Virus record (IMG/VR): IMGVR_UViG_3300022745_000628
Span: 64,001 to 128,000 of that record
Source: a virus
Length of the DNA stretch: 64,000 nt
Direction: 5' to 3' (one strand)
Each line of letters opens with the position of its first letter. The stretch's first letter is position 1. The position numbers and the translations under genes were made by a program. The notes below the pieces were generated by a model. That model was not told the origin of the DNA and ran no database searches. It saw nothing but the letters and a program-made list of their open reading frames with translations. This document shows positions 46,623 through 57,079 of the stretch, in pieces.

Positions 46623-49328
46623 ATGAGTCACAGTTTTAATAAAACTAGCATAGATTTTACTTCTCGGCTAATCAAAGAAAGCCTACAGAAGCTTCAGAAT
46701 CAAGAGGCTATCGGCGCTAGCGGATCGCAACTACAAGCGCCGCAAGACCCGCAAAATCAAGGGTTTGGGCGTAGCAGGGCTCTAGACACCACGGCCAGAA
46801 TACTTACTGGCACTATTGTCGATACTGTAGCGGTTGCAAATATCTACCGAGTTAGCTTAGAGCGTAATAAACCTATCGCGATAGGTATTATGTGCACCGA
46901 TACGTCTCTCGGAGTATACGGCGCAAAATCGCTAACAACGTTATTACCAGGCACTCAGGTCGAGTGTATCGTGCATAATGATACGTCCATAGTTCATATC
47001 ATAGGCGTGGTCCCGCCGAAAAATACGAGTCGTATATACGCACAGCAGGCCATATTGCACGGAGCAACTCGTAGCCGTGTTGATGACGCCCACAAAAAAG
47101 CCTTCAAATTAGACGCCAACCTGGCTTCGGCCACGGCCGGTCGATTATTCGATTCAGCAGGTGGCGGCGAAAGCGGGTGGGTCACAGAAACAGGCATGCG
47201 GATGTTTATAGATCCGTTTATGGCTATGTTTGGCCTGGATGAGATGTCCAGCCTATCGTTCTTCTATCAAGATATGATGACCAAGTTCGCAGCCTACAAT
47301 TTGCAGCATTGGACGTCGGTTAGCGAAGCTGAATATCTCAACGATCAAGACGAGTCGCTACATTGGCACGGCTACGCCACATATCCGTGGGAAAACTTAG
47401 GTTTAGCCGCCAGAGCAGACATATCTAAGATTCAGTCGAAATCTGAATGGCAAGTAGAGTCGCCATACTTAGGCAAGATGGACTTGATCAGTCCGACAGC
47501 AATGCCATTCCACCGACTACGAGACTTTTATGGCTATCTAGGGCAAGGTGGAAAGCGGTTGCTTGTAAGTATACCGGTCAACTTCTCAGACTCAGGCGAC
47601 CTCGGTTCCGACGGTACGTTAGATATGAACGCTGGCACGCGTACCCAGTTTTCCAAATTCGGGGAAGGTGTCATACAACCCGGCTTAGCGGATCAATCTA
47701 TCACGCTCGATGGGCACATTCACATGCAAACTGTGAAAGGTGTTTCTATATCTAAGCGAGGGCTTATCACCGCGCCAACGCGCGTTGCTAAACCAGAAGA
47801 TCCGGCCGGAGACAACGAAAGCAATTACAAAGCCTCTGGAGTTATAGGAAACGGGGCGGCGCACAAAATAACTGGTAAACTTCGGACTAGCGATATTAGC
47901 CCTTCCAGGCAAAAAATAGCTGGTATGCCCGACTGGCACTCCTATATTTACAACTATGCCAGTTTGCAACCATTTCTCAATCATAAGCGTGATTACAAGG
48001 TACCGGAAGAATCAGCCGCTACGTATGCCAATGGCATATCTGAGCAAATACCTAACATTTCTGAGCTAACTAACAAACAAGATATAGACGTTGAACAATA
48101 TAAGCGTAAGCAAAAGATTGATCACCGCTACGGGGAGCAAGATATCTATTCGTTAGGCGGCAGCATCGATATTACCGATGATGGTAATGTCGTCATAACT
48201 AACGGGTGTGGCGCCGAAATTCGCTTAGTAAATGGCAACATCGAGATATCTTGTCCCGGTGATATCATTTTCAACTCGGGCCGCGGGACACATATTAACG
48301 CTGGCAGAGCTTTTACAGCTCGAGCTAAGTCTGATATAGAGCTAAGCACATCAGAACGGGATATCCGTATTAAAGCCGAGCAGAGCGCCTATATTTGCAG
48401 CGGAAACAGCGGTACCGGCGGAATACTACTAGAAAGTAAAGGTGGCGGAAATGACTATGACTTTACTAAATCCGGTAACGACGTTTCGTTTAGCGGGGTA
48501 GCTATCAAGTCAGATACAGGTAATTTCACTGCGGTAGCTAATGCGCAATATCTGCGCACAACAGCTGGTCCAATCGTATTAGACGCCGCAAAAGGGCAGG
48601 CGGACTTGGTTACATATTCCACAGCCATATCCAATTTCACAGCTAATGGCGAGAACTGGTACTTTAACACCGCCGGAGATACAGTATCTGGCCCAGCGGC
48701 CGTATTACAGTCTCAGCAAATGATGCTGCCAGGCGATATGTTTCTGGGCGGGAATATCGACGTGGATGGCTCTTATCGCGGTAATGGGGACTTATCTATT
48801 ACTGGAACAGGAGCGCATTCCGGTGGGCCATTCTGGGGCGATATCGGTAGCGGAGCAGATAGTCTTCGCACGGAGCTGGATCAAATTAAAAATCAGCTTA
48901 TATCCACAATACCTACCGAGTCCGGACAAGGTACTTATGATGGCAAATTGAAAGATCTGTGGTACGCCGATATGCGTGCCGGTAACGATGAAGTTATTTC
49001 TAAGATGACGTTCACATTTTGCACAGATGCTCAATATAAAACAGAAAACTACAAAACATATGAACCACGATGGCAACAGTTAGCTAGAATAACTGGGGCT
49101 AACTTAATAAGTTGGGAAGAAAAGGCTGTAAACGATACGTATCCGTATCCTGGCACAGCTGCCTTTACAACTGATACGTTAGTTATCCAAGATTTCACGA
49201 TATTCGATGCTAACAATAGTCGAGCTCGAGATCGCGGAATGACTGGCGATAGCGTAGCGGATATCTACGGAAATCCTAGCTACGCGGAGCTAACAAACAC
49301 ATCGTTACAAAACTTCAAGGTTATCTAG
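46623..49328 (+). CDS. VgrG/gp5-like baseplate spike protein
   Basis: N-terminal OB-fold-like (GTIVD..YRV..LLPGTQV..IIGVVP); short beta-strand repeats (IDITDDGNVVIT..IRLVNGNIEISCPGDIIFNSG) typical of the beta-helix needle. Confidence 0.6.
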   Translation: MSHSFNKTSIDFTSRLIKESLQKLQNQEAIGASGSQLQAPQDPQNQGFGRSRALDTTARILTGTIVDTVAVANIYRVSLERNKPIAIGIMCTDTSLGVYGAKSLTTLLPGTQVECIVHNDTSIVHIIGVVPPKNTSRIYAQQAILHGATRSRVDDAHKKAFKLDANLASATAGRLFDSAGGGESGWVTETGMRMFIDPFMAMFGLDEMSSLSFFYQDMMTKFAAYNLQHWTSVSEAEYLNDQDESLHWHGYATYPWENLGLAARADISKIQSKSEWQVESPYLGKMDLISPTAMPFHRLRDFYGYLGQGGKRLLVSIPVNFSDSGDLGSDGTLDMNAGTRTQFSKFGEGVIQPGLADQSITLDGHIHMQTVKGVSISKRGLITAPTRVAKPEDPAGDNESNYKASGVIGNGAAHKITGKLRTSDISPSRQKIAGMPDWHSYIYNYASLQPFLNHKRDYKVPEESAATYANGISEQIPNISELTNKQDIDVEQYKRKQKIDHRYGEQDIYSLGGSIDITDDGNVVITNGCGAEIRLVNGNIEISCPGDIIFNSGRGTHINAGRAFTARAKSDIELSTSERDIRIKAEQSAYICSGNSGTGGILLESKGGGNDYDFTKSGNDVSFSGVAIKSDTGNFTAVANAQYLRTTAGPIVLDAAKGQADLVTYSTAISNFTANGENWYFNTAGDTVSGPAAVLQSQQMMLPGDMFLGGNIDVDGSYRGNGDLSITGTGAHSGGPFWGDIGSGADSLRTELDQIKNQLISTIPTESGQGTYDGKLKDLWYADMRAGNDEVISKMTFTFCTDAQYKTENYKTYEPRWQQLARITGANLISWEEKAVNDTYPYPGTAAFTTDTLVIQDFTIFDANNSRARDRGMTGDSVADIYGNPSYAELTNTSLQNFKVI

Positions 49329-49329
49329 T

Positions 49330-50382
49330 ATGTCGTTGCCGAATCCAGCTGCACCATCTAATGCTCACGGCTTACTGCGCGAACAGCTTATGTTTGCCGG
49401 TTGGCAAGACGGCGATCCAATCCCTGACAAGATCTACGAAACGCTAACACGGCTAAAGAACGAGGCGCTGGCGGATTTAGACGAAGAACTGACAATATCG
49501 CAGGATATTGCCGTACAGCGCCTGCGGGCTAAGCTGGCCAAAAATAAGTTCGCGACCATTACGGACTTGCCGCCCAAACAGCAGCGCGAAGCGGTGGAGT
49601 TTGTCCAAAGCAGCATAGAAGCTGTGAAAATAGCGCAAGCACAAGCAGCCGAAGAGGCCGCGTTAGATTCTAAGTTGCATCCAACTATTCAAGGTCAGAC
49701 CAGAGAGCATCTCAAAGACTTGGCTCGGCGTAGAGCGCAATCGCAGATGGAGCAAGCGCCGCAAGAAGAGCCGACAGGATCTTATATTGTCGACGATCGA
49801 GAACCAGAAACACCGGAACCGTTACCAGAGGCCCCGAGACACTGCCCATGTTGCAATTGGGACCAATCTAAAACATTTGAAATTGAAGTAACGCAGGAAC
49901 ACAAAGAACGCTTCATGGTTTCTGTGTTAGGCGGTTCTCGATTTACTGACAAAATCAGTATATTCAGCGGAGCTGCTGCTATTACGTTTCGAACGCTGAC
50001 CACCGCGGAAAACGCCTTATTGCGCGAAGAGTTAGCCTATCGATCTAGGGACGGCAAGATTGTTACGGACGCCGCGTACGTGGCAGCGTGGTTGGAAGGC
50101 CGCTTGGTCATGGCCGTTGCGGAAATTAGCGTGGCCGACAAAGCCACACGCGTTTTCCCAGAGTACCATGAGTGGTTAAAAACCATTTCAAAAGACAGCG
50201 CTGCAAACGCCGAGGCTACGCCGCTGGAGCAGTACACAGCGCAGTTCTACGCACAAGTGCAGCAAGAACCACTGCGTAAATTGTTAAACGACAAATTTAA
50301 GGCTTTCGACCGCCTAGTAGAGACGCTGTTGCAACGCATTGAAGACCCAAATTTTTACAAGGGGATCGAATACTCGGCCTAA
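49330..50382 (+). CDS. Putative tail assembly chaperone (G-like)
   Basis: Upstream of tape measure; CPCC motif; ends just after a slippery heptamer. Confidence 0.5.
   Translation: MSLPNPAAPSNAHGLLREQLMFAGWQDGDPIPDKIYETLTRLKNEALADLDEELTISQDIAVQRLRAKLAKNKFATITDLPPKQQREAVEFVQSSIEAVKIAQAQAAEEAALDSKLHPTIQGQTREHLKDLARRRAQSQMEQAPQEEPTGSYIVDDREPETPEPLPEAPRHCPCCNWDQSKTFEIEVTQEHKERFMVSVLGGSRFTDKISIFSGAAAITFRTLTTAENALLREELAYRSRDGKIVTDAAYVAAWLEGRLVMAVAEISVADKATRVFPEYHEWLKTISKDSAANAEATPLEQYTAQFYAQVQQEPLRKLLNDKFKAFDRLVETLLQRIEDPNFYKGIEYSA
50349..50355 (+). other. Candidate -1 ribosomal frameshift site A AAT TTT
   Basis: X XXY YYZ heptamer in phase; -1 frame is open into ORF 50382-50762. Confidence 0.55.
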
Positions 50383-50762
50383 TGGTGCGGGCAGCCACTA
50401 ACCACGTGGTAGACTTTTCGAAATTTGATCCCCGTAGTTCTTTTGATTGGCACCGCTTACGAATCGTGTTAAACGATCTCGATAGGCAAATGACCGCGGA
50501 TTTGCTGAAATTACGGCACATGGAAGAAGCTTCTTCCATGATTGCCCGTTGGCGTACTTCCGACGGGGCGCGCAGAAGTCAATATATTACAGACTTAGCA
50601 GAAATGCGGAAAGACGTCGTGTCATTGATTAGCCCATGGATATTGCTGGATCCGGAATTAGAAAAAGACGAACAAACTAAGATTTTCGAAGCTATGTACG
50701 CGCAATACAAGGAAATGGCCGCAGCAGGGTTGATTAACGACGGCTCGAAACCCGTAAAATAG
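50382..50762 (+). CDS. Putative tail chaperone (T-like portion)
   Basis: In the -1 frame relative to the upstream ORF; directly before tape measure. Confidence 0.5.
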   Translation: MVRAATNHVVDFSKFDPRSSFDWHRLRIVLNDLDRQMTADLLKLRHMEEASSMIARWRTSDGARRSQYITDLAEMRKDVVSLISPWILLDPELEKDEQTKIFEAMYAQYKEMAAAGLINDGSKPVK

Positions 50763-50793
50763 AATGAAAAGCCGTTTTCTAACAAGGTAATAA

Positions 50794-53700
50794 ATGACAG
50801 AGCAGCTGTATGCATCGTCGGGCTACAGCCCGCCACCACAAAGCTTTATCGACGCGGCACAGCAGGAATACCTGTTTAATTCCCGTGGCCGTAGAGCTCC
50901 TAGGCCTGTATTCATGCCTGGAGATCTTGGTGGGTTTGAGGGCATCGGTAATCAGGTATTGCCGCATATCACGAGTCTGGGCCCGAACGAGCTAGCTATT
51001 ACGCAGTTTAATGCTACTCGTAATGTGTTTGACCAATTGAACGATTATCAAAATATGGTCGGCACGTCGAAAGCCGCACGGTTTTCCAGAGACTACGACG
51101 CCAACCGTATTTCGCAAATATACGGTGGTGGTATTCGTATGGCCAGCGGTCAGAAAAAACTGACCAAACAGCAGCAAGAGCAAGCACGCGCTGTTGGGCA
51201 AATGACGGCCGACAACATGAGCACAGCTATCGGCATATTTGGCGAAGATGCAGTAGATTCGGCTATGGGTAGCGCAGGGTCCGCCACGGTGATGGCTCGT
51301 CGAATACACAAAGCAATGCAGACTGCGATGGACCCTACTACTGGCGAAATAGGTTACACGGCCAATAGATCGGGCAGGTTATCCGCTGGATTGTACGACC
51401 AGCTGTATGGCGCTGCCGCTGCTCCCGAGGCCATGCGCGGTATACGAGCTGGTCAAACCGGCGAGTTGTTTCAAGAATTGCAATCGCGCGGAAGGCTTGG
51501 ACGTCCGCTCACATCTTTAAGTCTGGCCGAGCAACGCGGGCATCTGCCTAAAGAATTAGATGCTACGTCGCTCCGTCGCATAACAATGCAATCTGGCGAA
51601 GTGCAAGCGGCTATAGAAGCTGGGCAGCCTGTTACACCAGCCATGTTGTCCAGAACTGAAGCAGCTGTGAAGGCTACGCATAAACAACTTACAGATCCCA
51701 ACAAACATTTGACACAAGACGAAGTATCTAAACTAACTGGCGGCGAAGCCATGTTGCAAGATACCGAAGTCACCCGATTGGCCGACAAGATGCGCGGTAT
51801 GGCGAAATCTGTGCGAGCCATGCAAGATCTATTTGGTGATGCCGGTAAGCCGAACGCGCCTATGCGCGAAATAGTGCGAGCTATTGAAAATATGACGCAG
51901 GGCGCCGCCAGCTCCATGAGCGAACCGCAAATCAACGACCTTATTCGTAAAACGCAGGCTATTGCTAATAAGACAGGGCTAGGCGTAGACGCTGTATCCA
52001 TGTTGCAAAGCAATTCGGCGATGATGTCGCGTCAAATAGGCGGACACGGGTTATTAGGCGTACACGCTGCCAACGACTCTTTGCTACATGTTCAAGCAAT
52101 GGGGGATATGGGTGCATTCGACAATGCGACATGGGGTTCGGATACTAAAGAACAAGCGTTACACCGAGAAAGCAGCTTGCGAGTGCGAGCGGCTAATTCA
52201 GCGGCCGCCCAGCAAGCTGCGGTTGTAATGCGAATGCGCGATACATCTAATCTGAACGTTAAAAAGGATAGCGAGCTCGGCGCCTACATGGCTGCCGTAC
52301 AAGCTGGTGACGCCACCTATACGTTTAAAGGTAAGCATCTGTCCGTGGCTAAACGCGACGGAGCTTTCCGAGAAATGTTGAAGCGCGACTCCGATCAGTC
52401 TGCCGAAGATATCTCGGCTATGATGTCTGACAAGATAGGTAACGAAGAGTACGTCAATAAATACAACACAGGTGCTCTAGCCACAAAGGCTCAAGGGCTC
52501 GAGCAGCGGAGAATGGTTGCGCCAAAGCTAGCTCGTTATTTGCGCGGATCACTCGGTAAAGACATTAACGAACAACTACTGTCTTCCGGAGCGGTACAAG
52601 ACAATCAAATAGATAGCTTCTATAAGGGCGTGGCATCGCGTGTAACGCAAGATGCTTTCGATATGGATTCCGGTACGTTCAATGACGAAGCTGCGCGTAC
52701 GGAAGCGCTAGGGGCCTCGCAGGAACGGGCTATTGCAGCTGAGATTGATTCTCGGATGAAAGACAAGCCAGAAAAAGAACGCGAAGCATTAAAGAAGAAG
52801 CTGACAGACACGCTGAAGTCATCCCGTACTCGTCGCGGATCGAGCGCATATGCCGCGCTGAACGCGGCTGCCAACTTAAACAAAGATCCTAATAATCCAG
52901 CCGACCGTACGACACTGGAAGATTTGCGTCGCCACAGTAATAAAAGCGTGCAAGATACTGCAGACAAGATGGGCCGCGATGTTTCTGTAGAAGGTCTCAA
53001 ACGCGATGCCGCGGCTGGTTTCGGCAGCGGCGATTTCTTGTCAAGAATTAGCGACGCGATGACCAACGCAACTGGTGACGAAAGCGCAGATAAGATGCTG
53101 CGCACGTTGCTCGGTACGCCAGATACAGAAGCGCTGAAAATTAACGAAAATGACGGTGTATTTGCGCATATTTATGGCTTGGTAAATGACAGTCGAAAAC
53201 TCGACCCGGTCAATAATAAAGACGATTTTGTCAAGTTTAAGCAAAATTCCGAGATAATCGAAGCGCTGGGTTCAGGCGGCGCGTCAGCTAAAAATGTTCT
53301 GGATAAAGCTAAAGGCAGCGGTACTAAACTACCGGACGCATTACGCAAAGATCTTGAGAAGATTGCGAAAGACCCATCTAAAGCCGGCCGTGCCTTAGCA
53401 AAAGAAAAGGGCTACGCTGTGGATGCCAAAGTAAAGGGCGCTGCAGTAAGCGACCACGCTAAGTTGGCTAAAAAGCTTGGAGAAATATCGAAAGGCAAAA
53501 TAGGCGGGCCAGGCACGCGTGCCGAGCTCGGCGGCTTTTTAGATCGAAATGCAGTACACGGCGAAGCGCTATTGCGTGATGATGTTAGCATGCAGCAGCT
53601 TGGTTCTGGCGGGTTAGCGCTGGTCCAAGAAACGCAGGAAACTAGTGCGAAAATCAAAGAATTGCTCGCGAATGCTAACAAAGATGGCCGCCAAGTTAGT

Positions 53701-54162
53701 TTGTCCGACTATCGAGATCCTAACTCCAAACTGACAGAAAAAGAGCAATGGGACATTGAAGCCGGGCTTAAACGCAATGCGAAAGCCTGGGCGGAAATAG
53801 ACAAGCGTAAAGCAACCGGAATGATTGCCGGATCTAAGGGCAGCGTAGCTAGCAAACGTTGGAACAGCGAGGAAACCAACACAGCTAAAGCCGTGGAAGC
53901 GCTTAACAAAGTTAATACAGACGCTACTGGCGCAGCAGGCATGGCTCCCGGAGATACTCAATCTGCCGCTGCTAACGCGCGCATGTACAACAACGTTACT
54001 AAACCGTCCGCGACGTCCACAGAGCTCAAAAATGCTGAGGGCGCTAAACAAGACGAGCATATTGTTGTATCAGGCGTGCTACAACTTCGCCCAGACGGTA
54101 ACGTTGAAGCGGCGATGGAGGGTCAGCGTACCAGTCAAAAAGCCTTTGCGAGCGGAAGATAA
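50794..54162 (+). CDS. Tape measure protein
   Basis: 1122 aa, Ala/Gly/Met-rich helical, position between chaperones and baseplate genes. Confidence 0.75.
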   Translation: MTEQLYASSGYSPPPQSFIDAAQQEYLFNSRGRRAPRPVFMPGDLGGFEGIGNQVLPHITSLGPNELAITQFNATRNVFDQLNDYQNMVGTSKAARFSRDYDANRISQIYGGGIRMASGQKKLTKQQQEQARAVGQMTADNMSTAIGIFGEDAVDSAMGSAGSATVMARRIHKAMQTAMDPTTGEIGYTANRSGRLSAGLYDQLYGAAAAPEAMRGIRAGQTGELFQELQSRGRLGRPLTSLSLAEQRGHLPKELDATSLRRITMQSGEVQAAIEAGQPVTPAMLSRTEAAVKATHKQLTDPNKHLTQDEVSKLTGGEAMLQDTEVTRLADKMRGMAKSVRAMQDLFGDAGKPNAPMREIVRAIENMTQGAASSMSEPQINDLIRKTQAIANKTGLGVDAVSMLQSNSAMMSRQIGGHGLLGVHAANDSLLHVQAMGDMGAFDNATWGSDTKEQALHRESSLRVRAANSAAAQQAAVVMRMRDTSNLNVKKDSELGAYMAAVQAGDATYTFKGKHLSVAKRDGAFREMLKRDSDQSAEDISAMMSDKIGNEEYVNKYNTGALATKAQGLEQRRMVAPKLARYLRGSLGKDINEQLLSSGAVQDNQIDSFYKGVASRVTQDAFDMDSGTFNDEAARTEALGASQERAIAAEIDSRMKDKPEKEREALKKKLTDTLKSSRTRRGSSAYAALNAAANLNKDPNNPADRTTLEDLRRHSNKSVQDTADKMGRDVSVEGLKRDAAAGFGSGDFLSRISDAMTNATGDESADKMLRTLLGTPDTEALKINENDGVFAHIYGLVNDSRKLDPVNNKDDFVKFKQNSEIIEALGSGGASAKNVLDKAKGSGTKLPDALRKDLEKIAKDPSKAGRALAKEKGYAVDAKVKGAAVSDHAKLAKKLGEISKGKIGGPGTRAELGGFLDRNAVHGEALLRDDVSMQQLGSGGLALVQETQETSAKIKELLANANKDGRQVSLSDYRDPNSKLTEKEQWDIEAGLKRNAKAWAEIDKRKATGMIAGSKGSVASKRWNSEETNTAKAVEALNKVNTDATGAAGMAPGDTQSAAANARMYNNVTKPSATSTELKNAEGAKQDEHIVVSGVLQLRPDGNVEAAMEGQRTSQKAFASGR

Positions 54163-54165
54163 CCA

Positions 54166-54654
54166 ATGCCAGCAGTATTTTCAGATAGAACTGGGCAGGT
54201 ATCGGTAGTCACCGGCAACGGCATTGCACCGGCTGCTTTGACCATTAGTACCGGCACGCTGCAATTAAGTTCTAACCCTGTTATCGTCAATAACACGATC
54301 GTGACCAGCATATCGGTAAACGAGAACGTAAACGCACAATTCGCTTTGTCATTAAACAAAAGCGTACACGCGTACATATTTGGCGATCAAGTCGGACAAA
54401 TGGAAATAGGCGGTATGGCTTTTGGAAGCATGTGTTTCAAAGGTACGGTCCCGCAGCCTAAATCCGGGTTGCTGCGCATACAGGAGATATATCATGCAAA
54501 TAAGATGAGCAGTCGCGCACAGCCACTACTTATCGATATTAGCGGTATTAGTTACAGCTGCTTTTTAACGGGCGGCCGGTTCGGGTTCGTAGATCCGCAA
54601 AACAATGTAGCACAATGGTCATTTTCACTTGCTAGTGTAAAAACACAATCTTAG
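54166..54654 (+). CDS. Tube-like baseplate/tail initiator protein
   Basis: 162 aa; HAYIFGDQVGQMEIGG pattern resembling tube fold. Confidence 0.5.
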   Translation: MPAVFSDRTGQVSVVTGNGIAPAALTISTGTLQLSSNPVIVNNTIVTSISVNENVNAQFALSLNKSVHAYIFGDQVGQMEIGGMAFGSMCFKGTVPQPKSGLLRIQEIYHANKMSSRAQPLLIDISGISYSCFLTGGRFGFVDPQNNVAQWSFSLASVKTQS

Positions 54655-54663
54655 GAGATTCCG

Positions 54664-55425
54664 ATGATTAATCACGTTAGAACGTTATTGATCAACCGAA
54701 AGGTTGCGGATCTACCTAGATACGGGTCGGTAGACGAGTTTGTCCCTACAGACTACAAACCGGCGCCAGAAACCGCGGTTATACGCGCACTGCGTAACAA
54801 CATATTCGGTAGTGACCCGGATCTAGATTTTGTGAATTATCGAGCGCATATGTGTATGCGGTTATTACACGGCAGCCCGTGGGCGGCTTACATTACGCAT
54901 CGCGATTCGCGGATTACTTACGACATAAAAAACCAGCAGTTCTTCAACGTATTTAACACCACGGTTACTACAACATCTGATTTAACTGTCGGAGTTACAG
55001 GTAAATTTTGGGCTGACGAAATAACTGGCCGCGTATCTCGTCGCTGGACTATAGCATTTAATGGCACAGATGTTACCGTAGTGGACACGTTTACTAATAC
55101 AACTCAAACACAAGGGCGTACCGACGTTATAAAGCTGGTAAACAGTAATTTGTATTTCGCGTTGCCAAGCACAGCGTCCGAAGGTTTTTACGCAGAGGTA
55201 ATCGCTCGAGCCAAACCTGTGCGATCTATTACGGATATTATCGATCAAATTAGTCCGAATATCGCGCAAGCTGCGGCTAGCGAGATATTTAGCCATGTAG
55301 CTGATTCTGAAATTAGACAATTGTTCGCGTTATGGAACTACGAACCTTTATTACTATGTAAGTACGCAGCATTGTTACTAGGGTTGGCCAGACACACGGA
55401 ATTGTTAAATGAGCAAAACGCTTGA
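54664..55425 (+). CDS. Baseplate-region protein of unknown function
   Basis: 253 aa, AGGAG RBS, coupled to next gene. Confidence 0.55.
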   Translation: MINHVRTLLINRKVADLPRYGSVDEFVPTDYKPAPETAVIRALRNNIFGSDPDLDFVNYRAHMCMRLLHGSPWAAYITHRDSRITYDIKNQQFFNVFNTTVTTTSDLTVGVTGKFWADEITGRVSRRWTIAFNGTDVTVVDTFTNTTQTQGRTDVIKLVNSNLYFALPSTASEGFYAEVIARAKPVRSITDIIDQISPNIAQAAASEIFSHVADSEIRQLFALWNYEPLLLCKYAALLLGLARHTELLNEQNA

Positions 55426-57079
55426 TATTCTTACATATCGGCTAACTATCACTGCCGAGATAAACGGCAAGCCTATAACTAATATCAACAATTTCAGTTC
55501 TACGTTTGCAATAAATACAATCCCATCCGCTAGTCTTACACTTGCGACCGGACGGGAAGTGCAAACTCTGGCTACCACTCCGTTTCACGATATCGGACTA
55601 GATAGCGATAAACCATTGCCCGCTAAGGTATGGGTGACTTATTCAGATCTTGCCGGTGCTACATACAAAGTACTTGTGTTTGAAGGTGAAACAGCTGGCG
55701 TTGGCTGGGCCAGAACGGCTAACCGCGCGAGTTTTATTATCCATCTGAAGCATTGGTTGAGTCATTTGAATTACGCCAGCGCTTTATCGTCTGCGATTCA
55801 TCCGGGAAATCCAGGTAATCTGACTTATCCGGCGGTAGAGCAGGTATTTCAAATTAACGCTGATACCGGAGAGGCGGGCTCAGATCGCCAAGGCTGGATT
55901 CACTCGATAACCACCGACGGACTTGATACCGCAATTGAAAAAGATATGTGGGACGAGCTCCTACTGCCTTACCTTAAAGAAGTAGTAGCACAGGATCCGT
56001 TCGATAGTCAATTAGAAGAAGTGCCGGTAAATACCGAAGCCAACGCCAAAATACTGGACGCGCTTAAGCGCATGACCAGATCAGAAATCGTAACCGCGGG
56101 TTACGACGGCGGAGCGCCGCTAGCGTTAAATTTGATCGATGCGCAAACCGAATTGCCAAGAGGCGACACAGACCAATTATTGGGCGGAATAGGTACAGAG
56201 TTATCCGACCGCTCTTCTCAAAGTTTTGCATATACGACTATTTGGGGAAAATTGATCGGTGAATACGGTCCTACGTTTTTATTCGAAATAGTTCCAACCG
56301 TATCCCATGCCTTAGTAGTGCCCATATCTGGCGCGCTGCGCAAAGACCCTTGGATGGTGTTATCTGGTGACGATCAATTACAAATAGAGCTGTCTGGCGA
56401 GATGGAGCAACCTCTTCGCGCTATCGCGATTATGCATCCTCTAGAAGATGTCACCAACATTAACAACGGCGGGCAGGTCACCCCGTTAAGCGTGGGCGGT
56501 AGCTTTGGCATGTACCAAGGCTCAAATACCGGCGCTATCTTGTTTAAAACCGCACCAGGTTGGCTTACGGCCGGCATGAGTGGGTATCGGGGAGATGCCG
56601 AAGGTCAGGGCGTCGGAGAAGGCGCAGATACCGTAGTTACATCAGCAGACGAGCTCGAGCCGCAGGCAAATAATTCAGACAATGTAGAAAAATTTGCCGA
56701 CGGCCGTAAAAAGAATGCGATGCTGGCGCAAGCTTATGCGCAGCAGCTATATATCAGCGAAATACTGAAAAGTCGAATCGGCTCTGTAACAGGCCCGTTT
56801 CGTCAGGATATTGCCCCAGGTTCCACAATCAAAATATTGGCGCCAGAAGATTTACTGCCGGAAATTCGCCAAGACGAGCGCACCGATTTTCTTGCAAAAG
56901 TAATTCAAGTTACTTCGGTAATTGATGCCCAAGATGCCTCAGCGGCCACTACTTTTACGCTTACTCACTGTCGCACTACGGTTGAAAATAAAAGCGATAA
57001 TTACAGTAGCCCGGCCCCGGCCTTATACAAAGCCGGCTGGGTTGGTGGCGAGCTTAGCAAGGCAGAACGAGTTAATTAA
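55409..57079 (+). CDS. Putative baseplate hub protein
   Basis: FAINTIPSASLTL start and RIGSVTGPFRQDIAPGSTIKI..KVIQVT end resemble hub (gp27/gpD-like) architecture. Confidence 0.5.
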   Translation: MSKTLDILTYRLTITAEINGKPITNINNFSSTFAINTIPSASLTLATGREVQTLATTPFHDIGLDSDKPLPAKVWVTYSDLAGATYKVLVFEGETAGVGWARTANRASFIIHLKHWLSHLNYASALSSAIHPGNPGNLTYPAVEQVFQINADTGEAGSDRQGWIHSITTDGLDTAIEKDMWDELLLPYLKEVVAQDPFDSQLEEVPVNTEANAKILDALKRMTRSEIVTAGYDGGAPLALNLIDAQTELPRGDTDQLLGGIGTELSDRSSQSFAYTTIWGKLIGEYGPTFLFEIVPTVSHALVVPISGALRKDPWMVLSGDDQLQIELSGEMEQPLRAIAIMHPLEDVTNINNGGQVTPLSVGGSFGMYQGSNTGAILFKTAPGWLTAGMSGYRGDAEGQGVGEGADTVVTSADELEPQANNSDNVEKFADGRKKNAMLAQAYAQQLYISEILKSRIGSVTGPFRQDIAPGSTIKILAPEDLLPEIRQDERTDFLAKVIQVTSVIDAQDASAATTFTLTHCRTTVENKSDNYSSPAPALYKAGWVGGELSKAERVN

